DNA from: Diadema antillarum
Lineage: Eukaryota
NCBI RefSeq assembly: GCF_040938485.1
Contig: NW_027271914.1
Span: 496,001-560,000, forward strand
Reading direction: 5' to 3'
Length of the DNA stretch: 64,000 nucleotides
This document shows, piece after piece, positions 37,001-49,221 of this stretch (within the stretch, counting starts at the first letter, position 1; the number at the start of each line of letters is the position of its first letter). A model generated the notes under the pieces. The model worked only from the letters and a program-made list of their open reading frames with translations. It was not told the origin of the DNA and ran no database searches. The position numbers and the translations under genes were made by a program.

Positions 37001-40000
37001 CGCACCCCTTGATTTAATGTGAGGACTCAAAAAAGGTAAAATAGGTCAACCGAGTCAATCTTGAGTTTTTCATATTTTCTGAAAGAGCTATCCTTCTACA
37101 TTATTCTTTAGTTTAGGATCATAACATGAATGGGAAAGTGTGTTTTCAGCAGTTTTCCTACAGCTCTTTTTTGGGGGGAGAGTAGAATGATCAGATAGGT
37201 CTTAGAGGCCCCCTTTCATTTTTTGAAATCCTTTACACTCCCTTCACTTTCAAGTCTAATAACTTTTGAAAGGATTATGCAACTGCTTTGGAAGTTGGTG
37301 GTAATCATGGACAGACTGTGTTTATAGAGCATGCTAAATTTCAGCTTGATCTGATAATCCCTTCATTATTGTTGCTACAGTGGTTTACATCCTGTGTTTT
37401 GTCTCTTTCGTCGCACAGCTACCACGGCTTGATAAAGATTAAGTGCTTGAATAGACCCTGTACTTCACAGCCTCTTTTCTCAGTTCACACTTTTCCAGAG
37501 TGTGTGCTTTCTTTCCAGTATTTCGATAGGTTAGGGAAATCTATTTGAATTGAGTTATACAACATTTTAAAGCCTAGAGTCTGCTCTCTCAGAATCTGCC
37601 CTAAACTAAAAGTCCATGTCTGGCGACTTTTTGTTGGTTTTGTGATGCAGGGTCACATATATAGTATTTTGTGAAGTGGTTGCGTTCGTGATTTCACACA
37701 ATTGTCCATTTCTAATTCTCTCTGGCCTACGTATGGCTTGCAGAGATTCGCTTTTGGACTAAATCAAACTTTCCACCAAGATGACAAAGCATGCCCTTGG
37801 GGTCACGTTTTGCTCCAAGGGCTTGTTATTTTTGGTGAACACGCCTTTGTGTTAGGCATTGATGTTTATCATTCCTAATTAATGCATAATGGATGTGGAC
37901 AGTATAACTTACAAACTGTCTGAGGTATCCCAGTGAAACTTGGCAAATGTTTGTATGAGTGGACAAAGTTGTGCCTATCAACTTTTGGGTGCATATGGTC
38001 AAGGTCAAATGTCAAGGTCAAATTTGTGAACTGTCACTGTTACCCCAATATCTATGCTATGCCAGAAAATATTTCCTTGATACTTAGTGTATGTGCGATG
38101 TATTACCAATTAAAGATTCTCTAGGGAAAGTTTTGGGCCATAGGGTCAATGGTCAAGTAAAAATTCTAAAATTTCCATACCTCGGAAATGGCTCAACCTC
38201 ACTTGTTTAGAGACCTACCAACCTAATAATTGTGTGATGTAACGTACTATGTGTGCTGTTTGTACAGTTAATAATGAGTGTGTGTAATTTCGTAAAATAA
38301 TAATACTCTCCATGCATTATGCTACACAACTTAATCCACTTGAAAAAAAAAGGGGGGGGGGGCAACCTCAACCTCATGGGTTATCCAGTCATTACTGTAA
38401 TCCAAAATACACAAATGAAGAAAATAATGTATTGAATACAAAATATCACATTGAGAAGGTTGTGCAAATACAGTATCCTAACCACATGAGTATTGAGAAT
38501 TTCACTGTGTCACAAAAAGTGCGTCAGAATTGCACAAAATATAATCCATCATGTATCCTTTTATATGGATTCAAACCACATTGGATCACTGGGGGCCTGG
38601 TGCATAAAATTTTTAACCCGAGAAAACTCGGGTTATTTTTGACAGAGCTTTTTCCTGTGTGAAAGTCAATGGGAGAATCATGCTAACGCGAGTTTTCAGT
38701 TGTAACCTGGGTTCTTCTCTGGTAAAAAGTTTGATGCAACAGGCCCAGGGACTGCCCATTTTGGCTTCAATATTTTAATATAGTCGCGAAACAGAATATG
38801 GTCGCAGTGAGTTTTAAGATTTTTGTTATCGTCTAACTACATTGTAAGTGTGCAGCTTACAATTGTAGCTACCAACTGCAACTGTGTGTTATTGTACTGA
38901 GTGACGACATCAAGTGCTGGAGCCAATGTCGACACTACCCGTATTCCACTGCGGTTCATATTCATGTGAGTGATGTGATATATATTCGAAAATGTATGAT
39001 TTTGGCACATTGTCATGCAGCTCAGGGAATTTGAAACAGCCACTTGGATACGGAACTGCATTGGCGCCCGAGATGGGGTCATCGGTTGAGTAATCTATCA
39101 TGTTTTGTTCAACAAGGTTCACCGTGGAGGGGCAGAAGGAGCTCTGTACTATTCTGGACGTTGAGAAGAAGGGTACCAAGGACAAGATGATGGAGAGATT
39201 GATGGAGTTCTGCTTAAACCCGCAGCCTTCGGGAAGGAAGCCACCGGAAAAAGGTAGACATTCTAGAGGACTGGATATGCCATTTAATTCTGTTCAGTTA
39301 TTTAGAGCAAATTCTTAGAATATTCTCATTGTGTTCATGGAATGAGGCATTGCTATTCATAGAGTATTAGAATGAGATAAAGAAATGGCATCGCATCCAT
39401 TACAGTCATTCAGTCATTTTCATTTGCTGCTTTTGTTTTTTGTTTATTTTGCAAGGGGGAGGGGGTGATCAGGAGTCTAAGTGAGATCTTTGTAACTGCA
39501 ATCAATGGTACTTATTTAGTTTTAACATGGTGTGCTGTCTTGCACAACTGTAACAGAATTTTGTGCAGGTTGAGTTGAGATGCTGAAAGTCTCTGGAAAA
39601 TACATAAACCATTACGAAAAATTAAAATTTCTAAGTGACATTTGTACTAGATGTACATTTATATTTGCCTTATCAGATGGCAGTTCCATCCAAATTTTAG
39701 AAGCCCAAAATGCAAATCCGAAATGCTTGTCTGCAGATTGTAATTTTTTGATCTGTGGGGGATTCCTGCCAAGACGTTCAAAACCAATGGAAAGTTTACT
39801 TTTGCCTCATGTTCTCTCAGGGAAGCGTGGAAGGAAGTCTACCAAGCCCAAGAAGAAGACCAAGAAGCCGTCGTCAGGAGGCCCGGGGAGGAAGAAGAAG
39901 AAGGCGACCGCGGCCGGAGGGGACGCCTCGACGGTCAGCGAGGAGGACGAGCTGGACACGACGGCGGAAGACGGCACGGAGGGAGACACCACCGCCGAGA

Positions 40001-43000
40001 GCTTGGACACGAGTGTGGCAGAAGGAGTAAGGATCTACGTCAATCACTGCCTCTGATGGCATAATGACTGATAATAGGGGGAACAGTGAAAGTTTTATTC
40101 TTATAGAACATGTTCACCTTCTTATACAATACATATGGATTAAGTGAATGCAGAAATATTGATAGAACACATCAGTGAAATGAGGAAAATCTGACAATCC
40201 GTTTAAAATTTATGAATTTTTGAAGTTCCTGCACAGTCACTGTTGGATGAGAAGACTTCTACGGCTTGTGATGTCACATGTGTAGAACAGTATAATGAAA
40301 ATATAACGAAAATTGGACATATTCTATCTTTTCTCGCATAATAAAAGAGCACTCAACTTCCCTTTTTCAGAAGTCAGAGAGAATGATATTACCCTTATCA
40401 TATGTCAGGGACAACTCAAGGAAATGTACACTTAAAAAAAAAAAAGAATGAAATTTTGTAAAATTCTGTAGATATTTTCCTTACATCATTCTAGGCATGT
40501 GACATCATACACTGCAGTAGTCTTCTCATCCAGCAGTAGCTTCGCAGATGCTTTAAGAATTCATAACTTTTTAACAGATTGTCCGATTTTCCCCAATCTT
40601 TCACTGATGTTTTCTACTAAAATTGCTGCATTCACCCGATCTATATGTATGTGAAGGTGGACTTGTCCTTTAAAATATCTTATTATTCATTTTGGAGCAA
40701 GAAATATTTACTCCTATTTATACCAGCCATTTCTGAATTATCTTATCTAGGGAGAATGTTCATAGGGCTCTTGATTCTATAATTTTGTATGTTTTTTTTT
40801 TTTTTTGGGGGGGGGGGGGTGAGGGGGTGAGGAGAATTTGAGGCTTTTTTTTTTTTGATTGAGGACTGTGGTAGGCTGGCTCTTGGAGTAAAAGGCTAAC
40901 AGTTGGTTAGCAGGCTGTAAGTAGAAGCCAGTGTAAAGGTAGATATGTGATGTGTGCTTTGCGAATTAGACTCTGCTTGCAAGTATTGGTATTGCGCACT
41001 GTAACAATAAATGTTTTCAAGAAAGGCATACATACCAGCTCGTCATATTCTGCCAATGAGCTCTCAGCTAAAGCCATTTTAGGCAACAACAACAAGAACA
41101 ACAATATTATTTCAGTTTGTGATCTCCACCTACTGTATGGCTTTGCAGACTCGGAAAGAATGACAAACACTGGGTATCCTTGAAAGTGTAAATACCGCAC
41201 ACATACAATTTGTAACTCATCAATGCCAATTTTTCATTCCTTACCCCTCAGGAGTCGCAACCAAAGAAGACCAAATCAAAATCCACCCCAAAGAAGAAGG
41301 AAAAATCAAAGAAGGACACACCCAAGGGCAAGACGAAGACCCCCAAGAAGAAGAAGATGTCCGTCAAGTCGCCCTCCAAACAGGCCAAATCCACCCCCGC
41401 CAAGGCCAAGAAGACACCACAGAAGAGAAAAGATGAGTCGAAGACGCCCCAGAAGAGAAAAGTGGATGAGATTGGTGAGTTGTCAAAATGATTCGATTTT
41501 TGTTTTTTCAATATCTGTTGTAGAAGTCAGCTTGCAGAGGATCTTCAGGATCCACTGACGAAAGGGGTCTCCCATGAGATTGAATTGAAATATTTGTAAC
41601 CTTATTCAGTGACAGTTGCTTTATCATTGACGGCTAACTTCTGAAGTCTTCCAATTAAAGTCAGGTCTTAACCCTTCATTTAACTCACCAACTACCAGTA
41701 ACCACCAGTATGTATTTGCATTTGTGAAATGTTTGTTTTTTATGCCTCCGCCACGAAGTGGTGCCGGAGGCATTATTAAAATTTAGAATTTTGTATGTGT
41801 GTGATTTTTTTTTTTTATAACAATGCATATCATTCTTGTATTGCCCTAATCTGCAATATGAACTCCATAGATATTTCTTATCCATGGATCCTTGCTAAAA
41901 TTATTCAAACTCATGTGACATTTTACGGCTGATTTCAGAAAGCAGATGTTGACATTGTTGGAAACATATCTGGGCTGAAGGATGAATGCAGCTGTGTTAG
42001 AAGTATTGCATTTTCTCAGTACACTGTTGCATGTACAGTGTGTGAAAGATTGCTTTGAGTTTCAAATATGGGTTCTGTCCCGCACATATGACCTGTGGGC
42101 CTGATAAAGATGGAAGTTCTGTGCTAGTTAACATCTTTGGCATGTCAGGGGATAAAGTCCTTCAAGCTGTGAATCTGTCGGTATAAAGTGTCGTTGATTT
42201 TTCTGTTTGTTTGTGTTCTGCAGATGACGGAGACAGTTCAGATGATGAGCCTCTGGTGAAGAAATCCAAGAGCCCCCCTACGGTGAGTATTGTGTGCTTG
42301 ACAACTTCAGTCAACAGTCAAGAGTCATCTTTTGTTGGAGGAAACTGTCAATATCTAAGACTTTGTAATGTTTTTAGGTCATAGAATCGGGTGATGATCA
42401 CACAGTGCTCACTTGTCTTATCTTGCAAAGGCTCTGCGGAAATTAGCAAATACTCATCAAATAAAAGCTAAATGAAATATTTTGCAGCGTGTTTGATTGT
42501 TGAGCAATCGACAAGATACTGACTGAATCTTTTACCACTGGTTGACAAGCAACCAACTAAAACAAACAGACCAAAACAGAGGAACATCTAAAAGAACAGA
42601 AAATCCAGTCCGATGTTGTTATTTTTTGTTTATTTACTTATTTTATTTGTTTTATTTTTATTTATTATTATTTTTTTTTTGTAGATAGAGCAATGAAGAG
42701 TGCAGAATATAAACTGTCAGCAAACAAATACAAGATAAAGTCCAGACAATTGCATATATTTTCAGCTTGAGACCAGAGTGGAAGTAACGCTGTCTGAAGT
42801 CCTTTCAGTATGCACTGTTCCAATGCTCTTTTGACAAAATATCAAGAAATCAAAACAGATTTCATTTCCGACCGTGAATGCGGCAGCATCTTGCTCTGAA
42901 TATCCGGTTGTTTCATTTAATTTGTAAAGGACAAAGAGTTGAGGGAAACGATCCAAAGCATCCTGGACGGAGCCAACCTGGAGGAGGTCACCATGAAGAT

Positions 43001-44095
43001 GGTTTGCCGGAGGGTGTACGACTCCTATCCAGACTTCCCCCTGCAACACAAAAAGGACTTCATCAAATCAACTGTTAGAGAGGTACATTAGCTATTGAAT
43101 ACTTGGAATATAAAAATGACCCAAGTCCAAATTTGGCTACCGTCTTTGGAGGCCCTTTACGAAGTCGTACAAAGATAGATAATCAGTCAAATGAATGTTT
43201 TACATTTAAATTTGTATAAATAACATTTCACTAACTGAAAAAACTGAAGATATTAGGAAATTATTTCACGATTTCTATTTTTTCTCAATTTTCTGTAATG
43301 GACTTGGGTAATTTTTGTATTCAGGTATTCTATTACATAGAACGGGCGGAGAAAATTCTGCATTCTCATTGGTCGAGAGCTGTGTGTTTGATTTTTACTG
43401 GCCGCGCACTTCCTCACTGATGATAGCCAGTTGTAAACTTGTTATCGTGCACTTGTAGCAAGAGTTTGTGCACTAAGTAAGCGTTCACACACTCAGTAAG
43501 AGACGCCTATTGGCTAGCTTACCATGCATCCAGTAAATTTACTGTACATCAAGTAATTACTGGATGCATGTTTTTCGTCTATGGGAAGCCAAAAGGAAAC
43601 GCTTCCAATAGATTTGCCACCAAGATGCATGATTAAAATTTGAATCTCTTGTGTCCCCCCTTGAATAAACAGATGATGCACATGTCTTTTTGTGTGTCAG
43701 TAGGAACAGTGTGTATGTGGTATCAATGGAATTTAGTCCAAACCAAATCTGTAACAATTGTCTGTGGTAATGTAAACCTTACCCATTAGAGTGGTCATCA
43801 TCTTTTAGGAGAGACTGTATTTTGATTGGCATTGTAAGAAGTACAAATTTCATGCTGTCTGTCTGCAATACATTTTATGCCTGAAGTATTAATTTACCCT
43901 GAGCATTGGCGATTGCAGTGTTCTGCTTGTACAAATAAATACACATGTCAGGCTGTGAATGTAAATTGGGTTCTTTTCTTTTTATTGACTTAGCCGATTA
44001 TTCAACATATGTAGTTGATTTATGCGTAGTTGAATGTATCATTGACTCGTGCTTACGCTCTGCCTCGTGCTCCTCCTTTCCAGATCATTTCGTGA
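31096..44095 (+). CDS. DEK: Chromatin protein DEK (pseudo-SAP/SAP domains plus DEK_C), 421 aa
   Basis: Exons 31096-31113, 32774-32903, 33622-33774, 35319-35395, 36834-36931, 39117-39253, 39821-40026, 41252-41474, 42224-42282, 42930-43082 and 44084-44095; 1266 nt total, all GT-AG and in phase. Motifs: acidic N-terminus, GKRDRKKVERL, GRGVKLGDI, LKPLHKFLFGR, FSGFNFEK, LCTILDVEKKGTK (SAP), SSDDEPLVKK...PPT, ANLEEVTMKMVCRRVYDSYP...KKDFIKSTVREIIS*. Confidence 0.95.
31971..32106. mobile_element. PIF/Harbinger-like MITE; a related copy with an internal 69-bp tandem duplication lies at about 60946-61130
   Basis: TIR GGGGGCATTTCATGAAGCATTTTGTC / GACAAAATGCTTCATGGAATGCCCCC. The core GACAAATTTGCTCTCAG...TGCAAGGATTTCA recurs inverted twice at 60976-61044 and 61045-61113. 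Confidence 0.7.
36615..36707. mobile_element. piggyBac-type mini-MITE
   Basis: TTAA-CCCGTTAAGGACG ... CGTCCTAAACGGG-TTAA (TTAA TSD, CCC...GGG termini). Confidence 0.75.
36966..37660. mobile_element. ~700-bp TIR element; second copy at about 54290-54978
   Basis: TIR ATATGTGACCGTGCATCAC / GTGATGCAGGGTCACATAT. Long internal identity with 54290-54978 (e.g. CTAATAACTTTTGAAAGGAT, CTCAGTTCACACTTTTCC). Confidence 0.75.
38593..38746. mobile_element. Harbinger-like MITE
   Basis: TIR GGGCCTGGTGCATAAAA / TTTGATGCAACAGGCCC. Confidence 0.6.
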
Positions 44096-44913
44096 TGACA
44101 GATCGGCGCCCTCACGCACTTCGCACCTGAACAGTCCCCCGGTGACTCTGCACTCTGTCCCTCAGATGGAACTGTGACAGTGAACTGTAACACTGGCGTG
44201 GAACAGTGGACAGGAAAACATAGCACCCCGGCACTGTTCACACTAATTGCTCTTCTCGGGAATGGATGCCTCGATTGTCTGCTTGATCGGGGAAATCATT
44301 TTTGTGCTCTCCCTTCCACTCCTCACTGTGGAACGTTTGTTCTCTGGAAGATCCCACCATGATTTTTTTGCAGACTTTTGAAATTCCATGTGTGTAGATT
44401 ATTTCTTTGTGTCCTATTTTATCAACTTCCACTCCTCGAAAACTTCTCTCGGTATTGTTGAATTTGACTCTCTGTCCCCCATCCTTACTCTGCTTGTCAT
44501 TTTTTTTGCTACGTATTGGACTGTGCCAATTCATGCCAAGAGCGAGATAATGTCTCGTTCCTCTCCTTTGGATGCTGTTTCACAAATACAGCATCTCTTT
44601 GGGCACTTGTCCTGCTGTTTCAACCTCAGTACAGATCCACCGACCGTGAACCGTGAATTACTGATGTGGGTTTAAATTCGTCTGTGTAATCTGTTTATAC
44701 TTTTGATTCTGTCTTGTACGTTTTTTTAGGACACCCTATGGCACAATACAGGTGACAGTACCTCCGTTAATCTTTTGAGAGGACGTACAAGAGTTGAATG
44801 GTGATCCATGTGATATTTAATCATATCTCCTCTATGATGTCCATTCTTTGTCAGCTGATTTGTGGTACCATCCCCCTCCCATGATGTTGTAAATATGAAC
44901 AGAGAGTTGTAAA

Positions 44914-44919
44914 AATAAA
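44914..44919 (+). terminator. DEK proximal polyadenylation signal
   Basis: AATAAA about 820 nt after the stop codon, ending a UTR-like segment. Confidence 0.55.
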
Positions 44920-47565
44920 ACTTGACTGTCTAACACATGCAGGGATTACTGTATATGCCATGTATTTTTGCTAGGTTTTTATTCTCACAAATTTTGAGTG
45001 TCAGATGCTGCTCACGATTTAACAACATGCCAAATTACTGAATCTGATCTCGACGTGAATGCAACGTGCATGCGCACCTTTGTTCGTTCAATACTGTACT
45101 CAACGATCACAAATTTATCCACTCGCGAAATTGTTGGGTAAGTTACGATTCGCAAAATCGCTAAATATATGGTGTATACAGTATGTGTTTCTAGAACTAT
45201 TTGAGAGGAGGAGCAATGCGTGAAAAAACCCCCAAACAAACACTAGAAGAGATATTTTTATTATGGTTGTCTTTCTCTATTGTCGTGTTTGTAACAGTCC
45301 TTCCGCCTCAAAGATTGCATATAAATATTGTAGAATAGACCAGTGTTGAGAGTTTCTTGTACAACATGATACTTCAAATATAACATATCTATTTGCCCTT
45401 GTGCCATCAACTACTCTGACATATTCATCAATTATTACGATGTTGGGTTGAAAAACACTGCCAAGTGACTTATATTGTGACAGGAAATTGTTAGGACAGG
45501 ACTGGTGATTCCACAGCCAGGGAGTGAAAACACACAACTAGTGGAGGGAAGGAAAGAGTTCAAGAAAGGACCTTGATCACTAGCATTGAAAAGGCCATTT
45601 AATATGTGGAGTACATTAAATTCTAAATTCTTCCATGAGTCTTTCATTTTCCTATCAAGTTCAGATGCTCAGAAGGTAACTGGAATAGGGTAGTGTGGAG
45701 CCAAGCTATATTCAGCTCGAGCATGTTGCAAATTCGCCCAATGTGGCGCTCAAAAAGAAAGTCCCATCCACTTGGCAATCAGCCTCTACCCAATTTCATT
45801 GTACTTTGGGAGTTTCATGGGATATCAACTAATAGTCTTTGTTCAGTCTTTAAAACTATCCCCCCCCCCTCCCCCCATTATGGAACGGATTGGAATCCAA
45901 AGAAAATTTGCAGAGTATTTTCAGTTTTGTCCCCTGGGTGGATGGTCAATGCTGAATACTCTGACCCGACATGTAACATGCCTGCCTTTCTTGGGTAACC
46001 TGATCTCTTTATTTGAAAACCCAACGCCACATGTCATATTTGATTTTTAAATAGAAATGACATCACTGTAAGGACTGATAAGAAGAGAGATACTACGTGG
46101 GATGCAAGTTTAAAATCTTTATGCAATACCCATCCTCAAATTGGCAACTCCCAGCAATGTCTGCACTGCGATCACCCTCTATCCAGTAAGGAAAATCTGG
46201 GGATCACGGTTGACCTGTATGGTAATCGTGACAGGGAGACTGTTTAATACCGGATATCTGGACCAAGAGTTCACCCGAGAATATTCTGTAAAACCAGAAA
46301 TTTTTTGTGTGCATTTTAACTTTGTGACCTTGAGAGCCAAGATTCGTGAAATAAAAATGCACATGAAAATTCTTGTCTGCACTGTGTGCATTGAATGGCA
46401 GTGGAAATTTGCAAAAACTTCATGCCGCGAAAAAGGTTGTTGGCTCCAATTCGCAAAAAATTTCATGCTGAGAATATTTCTGGTTTTCCAGTAGTGAAAG
46501 TGATAATCATGTCCAGCAGATATAATCATCTTGTGTGGCACAGTGGGTGGTGAAGTCCTAAAGTGGGAAGGGTGTCGAGTACTGAAGTGTGATATCGTAG
46601 CCATTCGTTGCCATGGAAACTGGTTCTAAAACAACCTCACATAGCCCGAATATAGATCTGTGACAACATCGGTTGCTAAGCCAGTTCCAACCCACTGTCC
46701 GAAGCCGTGTGTAAGGGTATTTCGTGTGGAGCCAGCACTAAGCTGTATCAAAAGACTGTGATATCATCACTTTGGTACTCTGTTGATAGAACGCCCAAAA
46801 GCTGAGAATGACTGTACTGGTGTGATGAATGAAATGTACGTGAGTAAATGATTCCTAATTCCTGTATATAGCGTAAAAAAAAAAAATGTATGTATGTATG
46901 TATTGTGTGTGTAAGATTTTAGTAACTTGTAGTGCTGGTTTTTCAAAGTTGCGGTGCCAAGTGAGAGAAGTCAGCCAATTTATCTTCTGAAAGAGGAACA
47001 GTGTATATATGTTGCTACCACTAGTGTCTTGGAAATTTGCCACAGTTGCAGCAAACATGGAAACACTTGTAAGACTCTTGATAAAAAAATACTTTGTTTT
47101 ACCTTTTTTATGTGATATTTCAGTTGGATCGCAGCACACAGAACTAGGACAGTATACGATTTGGGCTCAATTGGCACTTTTTTTGATAACACATGTAAAA
47201 TGAGGTCTTCAGCATTTGAAAATGCAAAAATGCAAAAGAAAATGCAAAAGAACAAAAAATGTTCGAGACATTCTGATATGATTGTCATGGGCATTTTGAC
47301 TTTTTCTACCACTTTTTTTTTGTTGTTGTTTGTTTTGCCAGAAATATTGCAACCATCTTGCAATGCAAAGTTCCATACAGCCCCATTGAATTAGATTATT
47401 TGATAGCAGGCATGTAGTCTACATGTAATTGAATGTTGGAATGTAAAAACTTCACATCCAACTTACTATAACATCCATGATATACTCAGGAATATTCTCT
47501 CATCGATAACCCTCTTCTTTTTTTCCTCCCACCTTTTCTCTCTCCAAATTGCTCTTTGGTTGCAG

Positions 47566-47658
47566 ATTGTCCAGCTGCAGAGATTTCTATCTCGCACACA
47601 CCGTCTTCTGAAAATTGCACCAGACTCGCGAGAGTCAAAACTTAGTAATTCACGATAA
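47566..47658 (+). CDS. Candidate alternative terminal coding exon of DEK (IVQLQRFLSRTHRLLKIAPDSRESKLSNSR*)
   Basis: A ~45-nt polypyrimidine tract plus TGCAG acceptor, then a phase-0 open frame of 30 codons and TAA. This is compatible with the phase-0 donor at 43082. No transcript evidence. Confidence 0.4.
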   Translation: MVQLQRFLSRTHRLLKIAPDSRESKLSNSR

Positions 47659-48224
47659 CCTTCTCTGCAAAAACTGGAAGTTTTGGAAGTTGAAAGGCTC
47701 TTTTCTTTGGTCGTTTCTGCTTTGAGATAACTGTGTATATAGGAAGGGCAGGTATGGCAGGTAGCAGATATGGAGGCATGCTAATTCACTGAATAAATGT
47801 GCCTTCATCTCGGTCCTAAAGCTAAAACATTGTTCTCTAAAGGGTTGGAGAATCTGTCTTGCATCATTTCATATTTGCTTGCAATATATCGAAAGGGTCC
47901 ACTAAAAAACTTACCTAGCTGATGCGATTTGCCAAGAGGATGAGTTGTTGTGGAGTATTTTGAGATCACAAGTGTAGAATGATTTCGATCGTAGTACACA
48001 ACTTTTATTCCAGAATAGCTTTCCCTGTTCAGTATTGTGGGACTGTAGAACATCACATGACGATCGATCAAGCCTTTGCAATGGCATTTTCCAACAAGCT
48101 GCATGCGATTTACTCTAGCTCGGAAGATTGGTGTGGCTCAATTTGTTATCGACAGTCGATCATGAAAAAATTATGTTGCAACCACTATTGGGCAAGTTCT
48201 GGGATTGTGGACATCTGGTGAACC

Positions 48225-49221
48225 TTTTTATGCCTCCGCAACGAAGTGGCCGGAGGCATTATGTTTTCGGGTCGTCCGTCCGTCCGTCCGTCCGTCCGTC
48301 CGTCCGTCCGTCCGTCCGTCCGTCCCGTTTTGTTTTTGTCGATATCTCAAGAATCGTGTGGTGGTTTTACATCAAACTTGGTATGAGGGTATATCCTTGG
48401 GGGATAATACTTTGTGTGGATTTTAGGGTCACAGGGTCAAAGGTCACAGGTTATTTTGTGAAAAAAATTTGAAATTTCATGTTTTTCTCCATATCTCACA
48501 AATGGTTCAAGGTATCTTCATGGAACTTAGTATATATGCTTGTACCGATGGGCAGTGATTATCTAGGGAAGTTGGGGGTCGTGGGTCAAAGGTCAGGGGT
48601 CAAAGGTCAAGGTCAACTCCTCAAAATATCACTACTTTCCTTATATTTATGCAATGAATGAAGTTGTTTTTTTAAACTTGATGTATACATGTATTACCCA
48701 ATATATATTCTGTGGGAAGTTTCTTGCCAAAAGGTCAAAGGTCAAGTGAAAGTGCTGAATTGCACTTTTTCCTCCATATCTCAAAAGTAACTCAAAGTAT
48801 CATCATGAAACTTACATATTTATGCATGTTCAACCTAACTGTGATTCTCTTTTGAACTGTGAGGTCAAAGGTCAAAGGCCAGGTTTAGATAATGCTATTT
48901 TCCCATTTGATACTGAAATTATAATTTTTCTCAATACCTTGAAAAATCACTCAATGCATAAACTTATAAAAGGGTCAAAGTCAAGTAAAAATCATCAGTT
49001 CCCCAAATACCTGCACTCTGACATTTTAATCATTCATCCAATTGAACCTAGTTCTAGGAAAGTGAACATTCGGCACATTTGTGTCAAACCTGTCATTTTA
49101 ATATTTTGCCAATTGTGTGAAACTGTCATCACACATTGTCAAGACATTGTACTATAGACCTATTAGGAGAACCATGCATTATGGCGGAGGCATATTAGTC
49201 GCCGTAGCGATATATCTAGTT
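48225..49221 (+). mobile_element. Non-autonomous Helentron (HINE/DINE-1-like); 5' fragment also at 41736-41775
   Basis: 5' TTTTT-ATGCCTCCGC sub-terminal repeat with a nearby inverted copy GGAGGCAT, a (GTCC)n microsatellite at about 48272-48325, a 3' GGCGGAGGCATA sub-TIR, a short palindrome GTCGCCGTAGCGAT, and a CTAGTT end. Confidence 0.75.
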
